This document shows, one piece after another, positions 46,711 to 54,861 of a stretch of 64,000 nt of DNA; position 1 is the first letter of the stretch; each line of letters starts with the position of its first letter. The position numbers and the translations under genes were made by a program. Source of the stretch: Tagaea sp. (GTDB lineage: Bacteria; Pseudomonadota; Alphaproteobacteria; CACIAM-22H2); assembly GCA_965279525.1 (NCBI GenBank), contig CBDIIB010000005.1, positions 832,001-896,000 of the forward strand, written 5' to 3'. The notes under the pieces are model-generated. The model was not told where the DNA came from, searched no databases, and saw only the letters and a program-made list of their open reading frames with translations.

Positions 46711-47442
46711 CTACTCGCCCCCTGCCACGACGAGGATGGCGCCGGTCGTGTACCGGGACATGGCGCCGGCAAGGAACAGGATTGCGGCCGCGATCTCGTC
46801 GGGTCGGGCAGCGCGGCCGACCGGAACGCGGGCACTGCGCGCGGCAAACTTCAGCCGGTCCGGATCGTCGGGCCAGCGGTTGAGGTCGGTATCGACCACG
46901 CCGGGCCGTACCGCGTTGACACGGATGCCCGTCGGCCCACCGGCCAGCGCGAAATTCCGCGTCGCCTGTTCGAGGCCGGCCTTCGCGACGGAATATCCGG
47001 CGAGCCGCGCCGACGCGGCGCGTCCCGCCACGGTGCTCGACACGTTGACGACGCACCCGCCGCCACCGGCAAGGAAATGCGGCCACGCCCGCTCGATGAG
47101 TGCGACCGGCGAATCGAGGTTGAGCGTGCGGATCGCGTCGGCCCCGTCCGGAACGCCGCCGGCATTGTTGACGAGAATGTCGACACCGCCCGCCCAGTCG
47201 AGGAAAGCGTCGAGGAGCGGTCCGGCGGTTCCCTGGCGGGACAGGTCGGCCTCGAAGACCCGGCTGTCCGGGCAGGCCGCGCAGACCGCGTCTGCGGCGG
47301 CTCCGGCAGTCCGGCAATGGATCCCGACCCGTGCCCCCATCGCCGAAAAAATGCGTGCCGAAGCCGCACCGATACCGCGTGAAGCGCCGGTTACAATGAC
47401 CCGTTTTCCACGAATCCCGTCGTCTGGCGCGATTGGCCGCAT
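46711..47442 (-). CDS. SDR family oxidoreductase
   Basis: VTGASRGIG, DILVNNAG, VNVSS, YSVAKAG, IRVNAVRPGVVDT. Confidence 0.85.
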   Translation of the reverse strand: MRPIAPDDGIRGKRVIVTGASRGIGAASARIFSAMGARVGIHCRTAGAAADAVCAACPDSRVFEADLSRQGTAGPLLDAFLDWAGGVDILVNNAGGVPDGADAIRTLNLDSPVALIERAWPHFLAGGGGCVVNVSSTVAGRAASARLAGYSVAKAGLEQATRNFALAGGPTGIRVNAVRPGVVDTDLNRWPDDPDRLKFAARSARVPVGRAARPDEIAAAILFLAGAMSRYTTGAILVVAGGE

Positions 47443-47595
47443 TGCTTGGCGTAATAAAGCCCTGCCAAGCCCGCGGCAAGCCCTTCTTCGCTGGACGCCG
47501 TCTGGCCCCGGGATTAGATAGGGGCCTCCAATCGTTAAGCGGGTGCGGCCAGCTTTGCCTTGCATTGTGCCCCCCTGCGAAAGGTCCCCTCCGTC

Positions 47596-49035
47596 GTGCC
47601 TATCGAGTACTCAATCGCCGACCATTCCGTCTCGGAACGCGACACGCTTGGCGAGGCGGCAGCCCGCCTCGCCAGCAACGCGCTTGCCGTCGCCTACGTC
47701 ACCGACGGCAATGGCAAGGTCGCCGGCAGCCTGACGCCGCACGACGTGGAGGCGGCACTCGCCCGCGGCGCGGCGCGCGACGCGAAGGTCGCGGCCGCAA
47801 TGACGCCGGCCGGCAGCGGCGTCGACGGCGTCGACGGCGTCATGCCGGTCCTCGACACGGCGAACCGGCTGGCCGGCGTGCGCACGCCCGTCGGCGAACG
47901 CAAGATCCCGATCGCCGAGCCGACGCTCGGGGGCAACGAACTTCGCTACGTGACCGAGTGCGTCGAGACGAACTGGATCTCGAGCCAGGGCAGTTTCGTA
48001 CGCCGGTTCGAAGCCGAGTTCGCGGCACGTCTGGGCGTGCCCCACGCGCTCGCGGTCTCGAACGGCACGGTGGCCCTGCATCTGGCGCTGGCCGCCTTCG
48101 GCATCGGACCGGGCGACGAAGTCGTTGTCCCCAACCTCACCTTCGCCGCGACGATCAACGCGGTCATCTATACCGGCGCGACGCCGGTCATCGTCGACGT
48201 GGCACCCGATACCTGGAACATGGATCCCGACGCGTTCGTTGCCGCGATCACGCCGCGCACGAAGGCCGTCATCCCGGTCCATCTCTACGGCCAGCCCGCC
48301 GACATGGCGCCGATCTGCGCGATCGCGAAGCGGCGCGGAATATTCGTCGTCGAGGACGCGGCGGAAGCCGTCGGATCGAAGCTCGAAGGTACGGCGTGCG
48401 GCGCCATCGGCGACTGCGGCACGTTCAGCTTCTATTCGAACAAGCTGATCACGACCGGCGAAGGCGGCATGGTCGTCTTCAAGGACGATGCCGTCGCGGC
48501 ACGCGCGCGCATGCTGCGCGACCACGGCATGAATCCCTCCAAGCGCTACTGGCACGACGAGGTCGGATTCAACTACCGCCTGACCAACCTTCAGGCCGCC
48601 ATCGGCTGCGCGCAGCTCGAACAGATCGACGGTTTCCTTGCCCGGAAGAAGAGCATCGCCGCGCGCTATGTCGCGCAGCTGGCCGGCACGCCCGAAATCG
48701 AGTGCCCGCACGTCATCGACGGGTTCGACAATTCCTACTGGGTCTTCTCGGTCGCCGTCGACCGCGCGAAAGTCGATCTCGACCGCGACGCGCTGATCGA
48801 ACGGCTGTCGAAAGCAGGCATCGATTCCCGCCCGCTTTTCTACTGCCTGGACGAGATGCCGCCCTATCGCGGCTATTCCGGCAACCGCGCCTTTCCGGTC
48901 GCCAAGCGGCTGTCGGATACCGGGCTGAGCCTGCCGTCGTCGACATCGATCAAGGACGAGGAAATCGACTTCGTCGCAGGCACGTTCAAGCGGATCGTCG
49001 CGGCCCGCCGCCTCGCCCGATCCCTCGCCGCCTGA
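47596..49035 (+). CDS. CBS-domain-fused DegT aminotransferase (perosamine synthase-like)
   Basis: N-terminal CBS-like region (AYVTDGNGKVAGSLTPHDV, MPVLD), then IPIAEP, NWISSQG, SNGTVALHLAL, EDAAEA, SFYSNKLITTGEGG, GFNYRLTNLQAA. Confidence 0.85.
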   Translation: MPIEYSIADHSVSERDTLGEAAARLASNALAVAYVTDGNGKVAGSLTPHDVEAALARGAARDAKVAAAMTPAGSGVDGVDGVMPVLDTANRLAGVRTPVGERKIPIAEPTLGGNELRYVTECVETNWISSQGSFVRRFEAEFAARLGVPHALAVSNGTVALHLALAAFGIGPGDEVVVPNLTFAATINAVIYTGATPVIVDVAPDTWNMDPDAFVAAITPRTKAVIPVHLYGQPADMAPICAIAKRRGIFVVEDAAEAVGSKLEGTACGAIGDCGTFSFYSNKLITTGEGGMVVFKDDAVAARARMLRDHGMNPSKRYWHDEVGFNYRLTNLQAAIGCAQLEQIDGFLARKKSIAARYVAQLAGTPEIECPHVIDGFDNSYWVFSVAVDRAKVDLDRDALIERLSKAGIDSRPLFYCLDEMPPYRGYSGNRAFPVAKRLSDTGLSLPSSTSIKDEEIDFVAGTFKRIVAARRLARSLAA

Positions 49036-49049
49036 CGGCCCCGTGGCCC

Positions 49050-49066
49050 CGCCCGCAAGGGCGTTT
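49050..49066 (+). terminator. Possible weak intrinsic terminator
   Basis: CGCCC-GCAA-GGGCG hairpin followed by TTT, just after the stop at 49035. Confidence 0.3.
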
Positions 49067-49122
49067 CGCGACTCGATCCCTGCATGCTAGGAGACTCGGC
49101 ATTCTGAAATGCCGGAGTCGCC

Positions 49123-50700
49123 ATGTCTTCCGTCCGCATACGTCGCGCGCTGATCTCGGTCTCCGACAAGACCGGCCTCGTCGAACTGGGCAAGGCGCTT
49201 GCCCGCCACGGCGTGGAAATCCTGTCGACCGGCGGATCCGCCAAGGCGCTGGCGGATGCCGGCGTCGCGGTCAAGGAAGTGGGCGCCCACACCGGCTTTC
49301 CCGAAATCATGGATGGCCGCGTCAAGACGCTGCACCCCACGGTGCATGGCGGCATCCTCGCAAGGCGGGATTCGAAGGACCACATGGGGGCGATGGAAAC
49401 GCACAAGATCGCGCCCATCGACCTCGTCGTCGTCAATCTCTACCCGTTCGCGGCGACGGTCGCCAAGGGTGCGGGCTTCGACGAGTGCATCGAGAACATC
49501 GACATCGGCGGGCCGGCGATGATCCGTTCGGCCGCCAAGAACCACGAGTTCGTCGCCGTCATGGTGGAGCCCGGCCAGTACGCGGGCCTGCTCGCCGAGA
49601 TGGACGCGCAGGGTGGTGCGACGTCGCTGGAACTGCGCAAGCGCTATGCCGCCGCGGCCTACGCGCATACCGGTGCCTATGACGCGATGATCTCCGGCTG
49701 GTTCGCCGGCCAGCTCGGCGAGACGTTCCCCGAGCGGCTGAACCTGACCGTGACGCGCCGCCAGGCGCTGCGCTACGGCGAGAACCCGCACCAGGACGCG
49801 GCGTTCTATGTCGACGGAACGAACCGCCCCGGTGTGGCGACCGCGCGCCAGCTGCAGGGCAAGGAGCTTTCCTACAACAACCTCAACGACACGGATGCCG
49901 CGTTCGAGGCGGTGGCCGAGTTCGAGAGCCCCGCCTGCGTCATCGTCAAGCACGCCAACCCGTGCGGCGTGGCGCTCGGGTCCGGCCTGCACGACGCGTA
50001 TCTGAAGGCCCTCGCCTGCGACCCCGTCTCGGCCTTCGGCGGCATCGTGGCGGTCAACCGCACGCTCGATGCCGCGACCGCCGCCGAGATCGCCAAGATC
50101 TTCGTCGAGGTGATCGTCGCCCCCGACGCCGACGAGGGTGCGCGTGCCGTGCTCGCGGCCAAGAAAAACCTGCGCCTGCTGCTGACCGGCGCCATGCCCG
50201 ATCCGCTCGCCAAGGGCATGACGGTCAAGACGGTGGCGGGCGGCATGCTCGTGCAGTCACGCGACGCCGGGCGCGTGGCCGCCGGCGATCTCAAGGTCGT
50301 CACGAAGCGCCAGCCCACCAAGGCCGAGCTCGACGACATGCTGTTCGCCTTCCGTGTGGCCAAGCACGTGAAGTCGAACGCGATCGTCTACGTCAAGGAT
50401 GCCGCGACGGTCGGCATCGGGGCCGGCCAGATGAGCCGCGTGGATTCCTCGCGCATCGCCGCGGCGAAGGCCGAAGAAGCCGCGAAGGCCGCCTGCGAGA
50501 AGCAGAGCCGCTGCATCGGTTCGGTCGTCGCGTCCGACGCGTTCTTCCCGTTCGCCGACGGGCTGCTGGCGGCGGCGGCGGCGGGTGCGACCGCGATCAT
50601 CCAGCCGGGTGGCTCGATGCGCGACAGCGAAGTGATCGCCGCGGCCGACGAGAAGGGCCTCGCGATGGTCATGACCGGGATGCGGCACTTCCGCCATTGA
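49123..50700 (+). CDS. purH: Bifunctional AICAR transformylase/IMP cyclohydrolase
   Basis: [63 protein letters not shown]. Confidence 0.98.
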   Translation: MSSVRIRRALISVSDKTGLVELGKALARHGVEILSTGGSAKALADAGVAVKEVGAHTGFPEIMDGRVKTLHPTVHGGILARRDSKDHMGAMETHKIAPIDLVVVNLYPFAATVAKGAGFDECIENIDIGGPAMIRSAAKNHEFVAVMVEPGQYAGLLAEMDAQGGATSLELRKRYAAAAYAHTGAYDAMISGWFAGQLGETFPERLNLTVTRRQALRYGENPHQDAAFYVDGTNRPGVATARQLQGKELSYNNLNDTDAAFEAVAEFESPACVIVKHANPCGVALGSGLHDAYLKALACDPVSAFGGIVAVNRTLDAATAAEIAKIFVEVIVAPDADEGARAVLAAKKNLRLLLTGAMPDPLAKGMTVKTVAGGMLVQSRDAGRVAAGDLKVVTKRQPTKAELDDMLFAFRVAKHVKSNAIVYVKDAATVGIGAGQMSRVDSSRIAAAKAEEAAKAACEKQSRCIGSVVASDAFFPFADGLLAAAAAGATAIIQPGGSMRDSEVIAAADEKGLAMVMTGMRHFRH

Positions 50701-50720
50701 TTTGCCAGCCTACTGCCTTT

Positions 50721-50736
50721 GTGTTACATGTAACAC
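50721..50736. promoter_or_regulatory. Perfect 16-bp palindrome, candidate TA operator overlapping the -10 box
   Basis: GTGTTACATGTAACAC; TTGCCA(50702)-N17-TACATG(50725) promoter candidate; GAGGAG SD follows. Confidence 0.7.
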
Positions 50737-50749
50737 GAGGAGCAAGGCA

Positions 50750-50974
50750 ATGCGTGCACCGACAAAGCCGAAAACGAATGTGAAGCGGGTCGCCGCCCAT
50801 CGCGCGCGCCTGCGCCAGGCTGGCCTGCGGCCGATCCAGATTTGGGTCCCCGATACCCGTATGCCGGGGTTCGCCGCGGAAGCCCGGCGCCAGTCACTCC
50901 GGGTGGCAAAGGCGCGCGGCGAATCGCAGGATCAAGCATTCATTGATTCGATTTCCGAACACGATCCGGCGTGA
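50750..50974 (+). CDS. Antitoxin, MazE-like (DUF3018 family)
   Basis: RVAAHRARLRQAGLRPIQIWVPDTR..FAAEARRQS; GTGA overlap with the toxin gene. Confidence 0.85.
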   Translation: MRAPTKPKTNVKRVAAHRARLRQAGLRPIQIWVPDTRMPGFAAEARRQSLRVAKARGESQDQAFIDSISEHDPA

Positions 50975-51300
50975 AACGCGGTGAAATATGGACGGTCGCT
51001 GGTGACGGCGACTACACCGGCAAACCGCGACCTGTCGTCATCATCCAAGACGACAGATATGTTTCGACCGTATCGGTCACGGTCGCGGTATTCACAAGCA
51101 CGGTCGTTGACGCCGAAATGCTGCGTATTCTCATCGTGCCGTCGCCCGGCAACGGCCTGAAGTCTGAAAGCTACCTGATGGTCGACAAAATCACGACCGT
51201 CCGGCGCGCAAAACTTGGCAGACGCGTGGGGCGCCTCGATCCGACCGACATGCAGCGGTTCGAGCGCGCTCTCGTTGTCTTCCTCGGCATCGCGCACTAG
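50971..51300 (+). CDS. mazF: PemK/MazF family toxin (endoribonuclease)
   Basis: MKRGEIW, GKPRPVVIIQ, NGLKSES, MVDKITTV, LGRRVGRL. Confidence 0.9.
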   Translation: MKRGEIWTVAGDGDYTGKPRPVVIIQDDRYVSTVSVTVAVFTSTVVDAEMLRILIVPSPGNGLKSESYLMVDKITTVRRAKLGRRVGRLDPTDMQRFERALVVFLGIAH

Positions 51301-51382
51301 ATGCGAGATTTCAAGAGGTTGTCCATCACAAGAAGGCCCGCCTGACACCGCATAGTCGAGCCGAACTGGCGCGGCGGCGCTA

Positions 51383-52633
51383 TCAGGCCATCGTTCCGGC
51401 GATCTGCGTCAGACCCATCGCGACGGAGAGCAGGTCCGAACCGCCCGCCAGGCGGGCGGACGGTGCGGCCTGAGCTATCGCCGCGCGGACGGACGGCACC
51501 CGGCTCGACCCACCGGTCAGGAAGACCGTGTCGATGGCGGACGGCGCAAGGCCTGCGGCGGCAATGCAATCAAGTGCAGTCGTGCGCAACCGGTCGATGC
51601 GGGACTCGATCGCGCGGTTGAACGCGGTACGTATCGCTGCGGCTTCGAGATCCGCTTCGAGGAAATCCAGCGGGATGGCTGCGCGGTCGTCGGCGCTCAG
51701 CGCGAGCTTGGCGTCCTCCACGGCGAACGCCAGACGGTGGCCAAGCCGCTGGCGCAGCACCTTGAGCAGGCGCTCCACCTTCTCCGGCTCGCAGGCGAGC
51801 GTGACCAGTTCGACGACCTCGCGCTCGTTCCTGTAGCCATAGGCGAAATTGATCGTCGGCCATGCGGCAAGCTCGTGATAGAGCGCGCTCGGCATCGGCA
51901 GGTCCTTCTCGACGAGCTGCGTGCCGAGCCCGAGGAGCGGCATCACCGCGGCGAGGCTCAGTGCGGCATCGAAATCGGTTCCGCCGACGCGAAGACCTGC
52001 ATTCGCGAGCACGTCGCGGCTGCGGTCTGCGCGTTCGCGGTGCTGCGGGCCGACACGGATGACGGAGAAGTCGCTCGTCCCGCCGCCGATGTCGGCGATC
52101 AGCGCCAGTTCCTCGCGCCGGACCGTCAGCTCGTAGTTCCGCGCGGCCGCGATCGGCTCGTACACGAACGCGACATCGCGGAAGCCCGCACGCCGCGCGA
52201 TGGCCTCCAGGACGCCCTGTGCGCGCGCGTCGGCCGCATCGTCGCCGTCGACGAAGCGCACCGGCCTGCCATGCACGACGGATGCGATCTCGTGGCCCGC
52301 GAACGCCTCGGCCTTCTTCTTCAGGTGCCGCACGAAGATCTCGACGATCCGCGTCAGCGGCACCTTGCGGCCGGCAAGGATCGTCTCCTCGTCGATCAGC
52401 GATGAACTCAGGATCGACTTCAGCGCCCGCATGAGCCGTCCGTCGGTCTGCGCGACATAGGCCGCGATGGCCTCGTTGCCGAACAGCGCGCGGCCCTTCT
52501 CCTCGTAGTCGACGAACACGGCGCTCGGAATCAGCGTGGCGCCCGCCTCGACGGGTACGAGGGCCGCGGCTCCGTCGCGGAACACGCCGATCGCCGAGTT
52601 CGACGTCCCGAAATCCAGACCGCAAGCGATCAT
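51383..52633 (-). CDS. yegD: Hsp70-family protein, YegD-like
   Basis: CGLDFGTSNS, GRLMRALKSIL, GRPVRF, EPIAAA, DIGGGTSDFS, VGGTDFD, LTGGSS. Confidence 0.88.
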   Translation of the reverse strand: MIACGLDFGTSNSAIGVFRDGAAALVPVEAGATLIPSAVFVDYEEKGRALFGNEAIAAYVAQTDGRLMRALKSILSSSLIDEETILAGRKVPLTRIVEIFVRHLKKKAEAFAGHEIASVVHGRPVRFVDGDDAADARAQGVLEAIARRAGFRDVAFVYEPIAAARNYELTVRREELALIADIGGGTSDFSVIRVGPQHRERADRSRDVLANAGLRVGGTDFDAALSLAAVMPLLGLGTQLVEKDLPMPSALYHELAAWPTINFAYGYRNEREVVELVTLACEPEKVERLLKVLRQRLGHRLAFAVEDAKLALSADDRAAIPLDFLEADLEAAAIRTAFNRAIESRIDRLRTTALDCIAAAGLAPSAIDTVFLTGGSSRVPSVRAAIAQAAPSARLAGGSDLLSVAMGLTQIAGTMA

Positions 52634-52641
52634 GTCCGTCC

Positions 52642-53586
52642 TCAGGCCGGCGCCAGGACCGCGGCGAACTGGTCGCCCCTGCCCTCGGCATTCAGCGTGC
52701 GGGCCTGCGTTTCCCAGCCATCGAGCTCGGCAGGCGCGAACATCGGCTTCTTCTTCGAATGCGCGTCCGGCGAATTCATCGGCACGTCGCGCCGGTACAT
52801 CTCCGATCCCCAGAACTGGAAGCCGTCGGAATCGTCCGCGATCCGCGCGATGCGAAGGCCGTGCGCCTCGGCCAGCCGGCGGAAGCTGTCGCGGCTGAAC
52901 AGGAACAGGTGACGGGGCGCGTCGAGCTGCACCCAGTCGATGCCGTAGGTCTCCCACGCCAGCGACGAACAGGTCGGCACGCGGATCAGCACATGGCCGT
53001 CTTTGGCGACGAGGCGGCGCGCCCCTTCCATCGCCGCGTGCGGATCGGGCAGATGCTCGAAACTGTGGTGGAACATGACGAGGCGATAGCTGCCGGAAAC
53101 GGAATCGAGCGTGGCCTTGCGCGCGATGATCCTGCCGTCGAGCGAAACATCGGCGTCGAGATGCGGGTCGATGCCTTCGGCGCGCGCGAAGCCGAACTGC
53201 CGCAGGCGTGCGACGCGCGCCCCTTTGCCGCAGCCGACATCGAGGATCGAATCGTCCTTCGCGATGCCGAGCTCGCCCAGCAGGCGCATCTCGGGATTGG
53301 GCTTCAGCGCGTGGCAGGCCCAGCCAAGCAGCCCGCCGTCGCGCGAATAGGCCCAGCCGGCGGCGAGCCGCCGTTTCCAGCTCGGCTTCTTCGGCAGGCC
53401 GCCATCGAGGCTGTAGTAGCCGGCGGGATAGTGCCGCGCCAGATCGGCCGGGATGTCGGCGATCTGCAGGCAGCCGCACGTGCCGCATTCGAAATAGCCG
53501 AAGTGCTCGCGCGAGCCGTACATCATCTCGCGCGCGGCATGGTGTGCCTTGGGCGCACCCCCGCAGATCCGGCAGATATCCGTCAT
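52642..53586 (-). CDS. Class I SAM-dependent methyltransferase with N-terminal Cys motifs
   Basis: CRICG, ECGTCGCLQI, ILDVGCGKG, HHSFEHL, QLDAPRHL. Confidence 0.85.
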   Translation of the reverse strand: MTDICRICGGAPKAHHAAREMMYGSREHFGYFECGTCGCLQIADIPADLARHYPAGYYSLDGGLPKKPSWKRRLAAGWAYSRDGGLLGWACHALKPNPEMRLLGELGIAKDDSILDVGCGKGARVARLRQFGFARAEGIDPHLDADVSLDGRIIARKATLDSVSGSYRLVMFHHSFEHLPDPHAAMEGARRLVAKDGHVLIRVPTCSSLAWETYGIDWVQLDAPRHLFLFSRDSFRRLAEAHGLRIARIADDSDGFQFWGSEMYRRDVPMNSPDAHSKKKPMFAPAELDGWETQARTLNAEGRGDQFAAVLAPA

Positions 53587-53595
53587 CGGGGCTTT

Positions 53596-54861
53596 CTAGC
53601 GGAGATCCGCCACCTTGCGCCACAGCACGATCAGGCCGACGAGGAAAAAGGGCAGGATCGTCGCCATGCCCGCACGCTGGCTGTCGAACGCGAGCGTGAC
53701 CGTGCCCAGGATCGCCGGCCCCATGAAGGCGGTGATGCGGCCCGAGAGTGCAAACAGGCCGAAGACCTGCGTGCGGTGCTCGGGCGGCGCCATGCGCGCG
53801 GCGAGCGAGCGGCTTGCCGCCTGCACCGGCCCGAAGAACGGGCCGATCAGTACGCCAAGGATCCAGAAGGCGGTCTTCGATTCGACCACGAGAAGGGCGG
53901 CCCCGATCGCGGTCAGGCAGACAAGTCCGATGGCGATCGTGCGGCGCGAGCCGATTCGGTCGTCGATCCACGCGAAGGCGAAGGCGCCAAGGCCGGCCGA
54001 CAGGTTCAGCGCGATGCCGAACACGATGACCTCCTCGAGCGCCATGCCGAAGCTGCCGGCGGCATAGATGGCGCCGAAGGCGAACAGCGTGGTGAGGCCG
54101 TCGGTATAGATCATGTTGGCGGCAAGGAACCACGCGATGTCGCGGCGCGCGCGCAGGAAGGCGAGCGTGCCGCGGATCTCGGCCAGCCCCTTGCGCAACG
54201 CCCCGGCCCAGCGTTCGCGCGGGCCGGTCTCGCGCAGCACCAGGAAAACCGGCAGCGAGAAGACCGCCCACCACAATGCCGTGAAAGGTCCCACGATCCG
54301 CACGTGCTCGGACGCGGACCGGTCGAGGCCGAGCGGCGGCGACGGGTTCTGCACGAAACCCACGAGGAGCACGCCAAGGCACACGATGCCGCCGACATAG
54401 CCCAGCCCCCAGCCCCAGCCCGACACGCGCCCCAGCCGCTCGGGCGAGGCGACCTTGGGCAGCAGCGAATTGTAGAAGACCGTCGCGATCTCGAACGCCA
54501 CCGTCGCGACGCCGAACGCGACGAGAGCGAAGAGTACATCCGCCGGATCCGGGCGCACGAACCACAAGGCGACGCACGCGGCGATCGCGATGGCGGTGAA
54601 GAAGGCGAGATACGGTTTCTGCCGTCCGCCATGGTCGGCGATGGCGCCGACGACCGGGGCGAGGATGGCGATGCACAGGCCGGCGATGGCCGTCGCATGG
54701 CCCCACATCGCGGTCCCGGTCACCGGATCGGGAGCAACACCTTGCGTGAAATAGGTGGCGAACACGAATGTCGTGATGACCGCCGGGAAAGCCGACGACG
54801 ACCAGTCGTAAAGGCACCACGCGGCGACGGCACCCTTGCCGGAATCCGGACCCTGCTTCAC
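53596..54861 (-). CDS. MFS transporter (UMF1/Atg22-like)
   Basis: AWCLYDWSSSAF, GAIAD, FYNSLLP, GRVSGWGWGLGYVGG, IYTDGL, QAASRS, FGLFALSGR. Confidence 0.88.
   Translation of the reverse strand: MKQGPDSGKGAVAAWCLYDWSSSAFPAVITTFVFATYFTQGVAPDPVTGTAMWGHATAIAGLCIAILAPVVGAIADHGGRQKPYLAFFTAIAIAACVALWFVRPDPADVLFALVAFGVATVAFEIATVFYNSLLPKVASPERLGRVSGWGWGLGYVGGIVCLGVLLVGFVQNPSPPLGLDRSASEHVRIVGPFTALWWAVFSLPVFLVLRETGPRERWAGALRKGLAEIRGTLAFLRARRDIAWFLAANMIYTDGLTTLFAFGAIYAAGSFGMALEEVIVFGIALNLSAGLGAFAFAWIDDRIGSRRTIAIGLVCLTAIGAALLVVESKTAFWILGVLIGPFFGPVQAASRSLAARMAPPEHRTQVFGLFALSGRITAFMGPAILGTVTLAFDSQRAGMATILPFFLVGLIVLWRKVADLR

Noticed and set aside
49036-49122. ZTP (pfl) riboswitch upstream of purH
   Set aside because: The gap is only 87 bp and I could not find the conserved pfl sequence elements.
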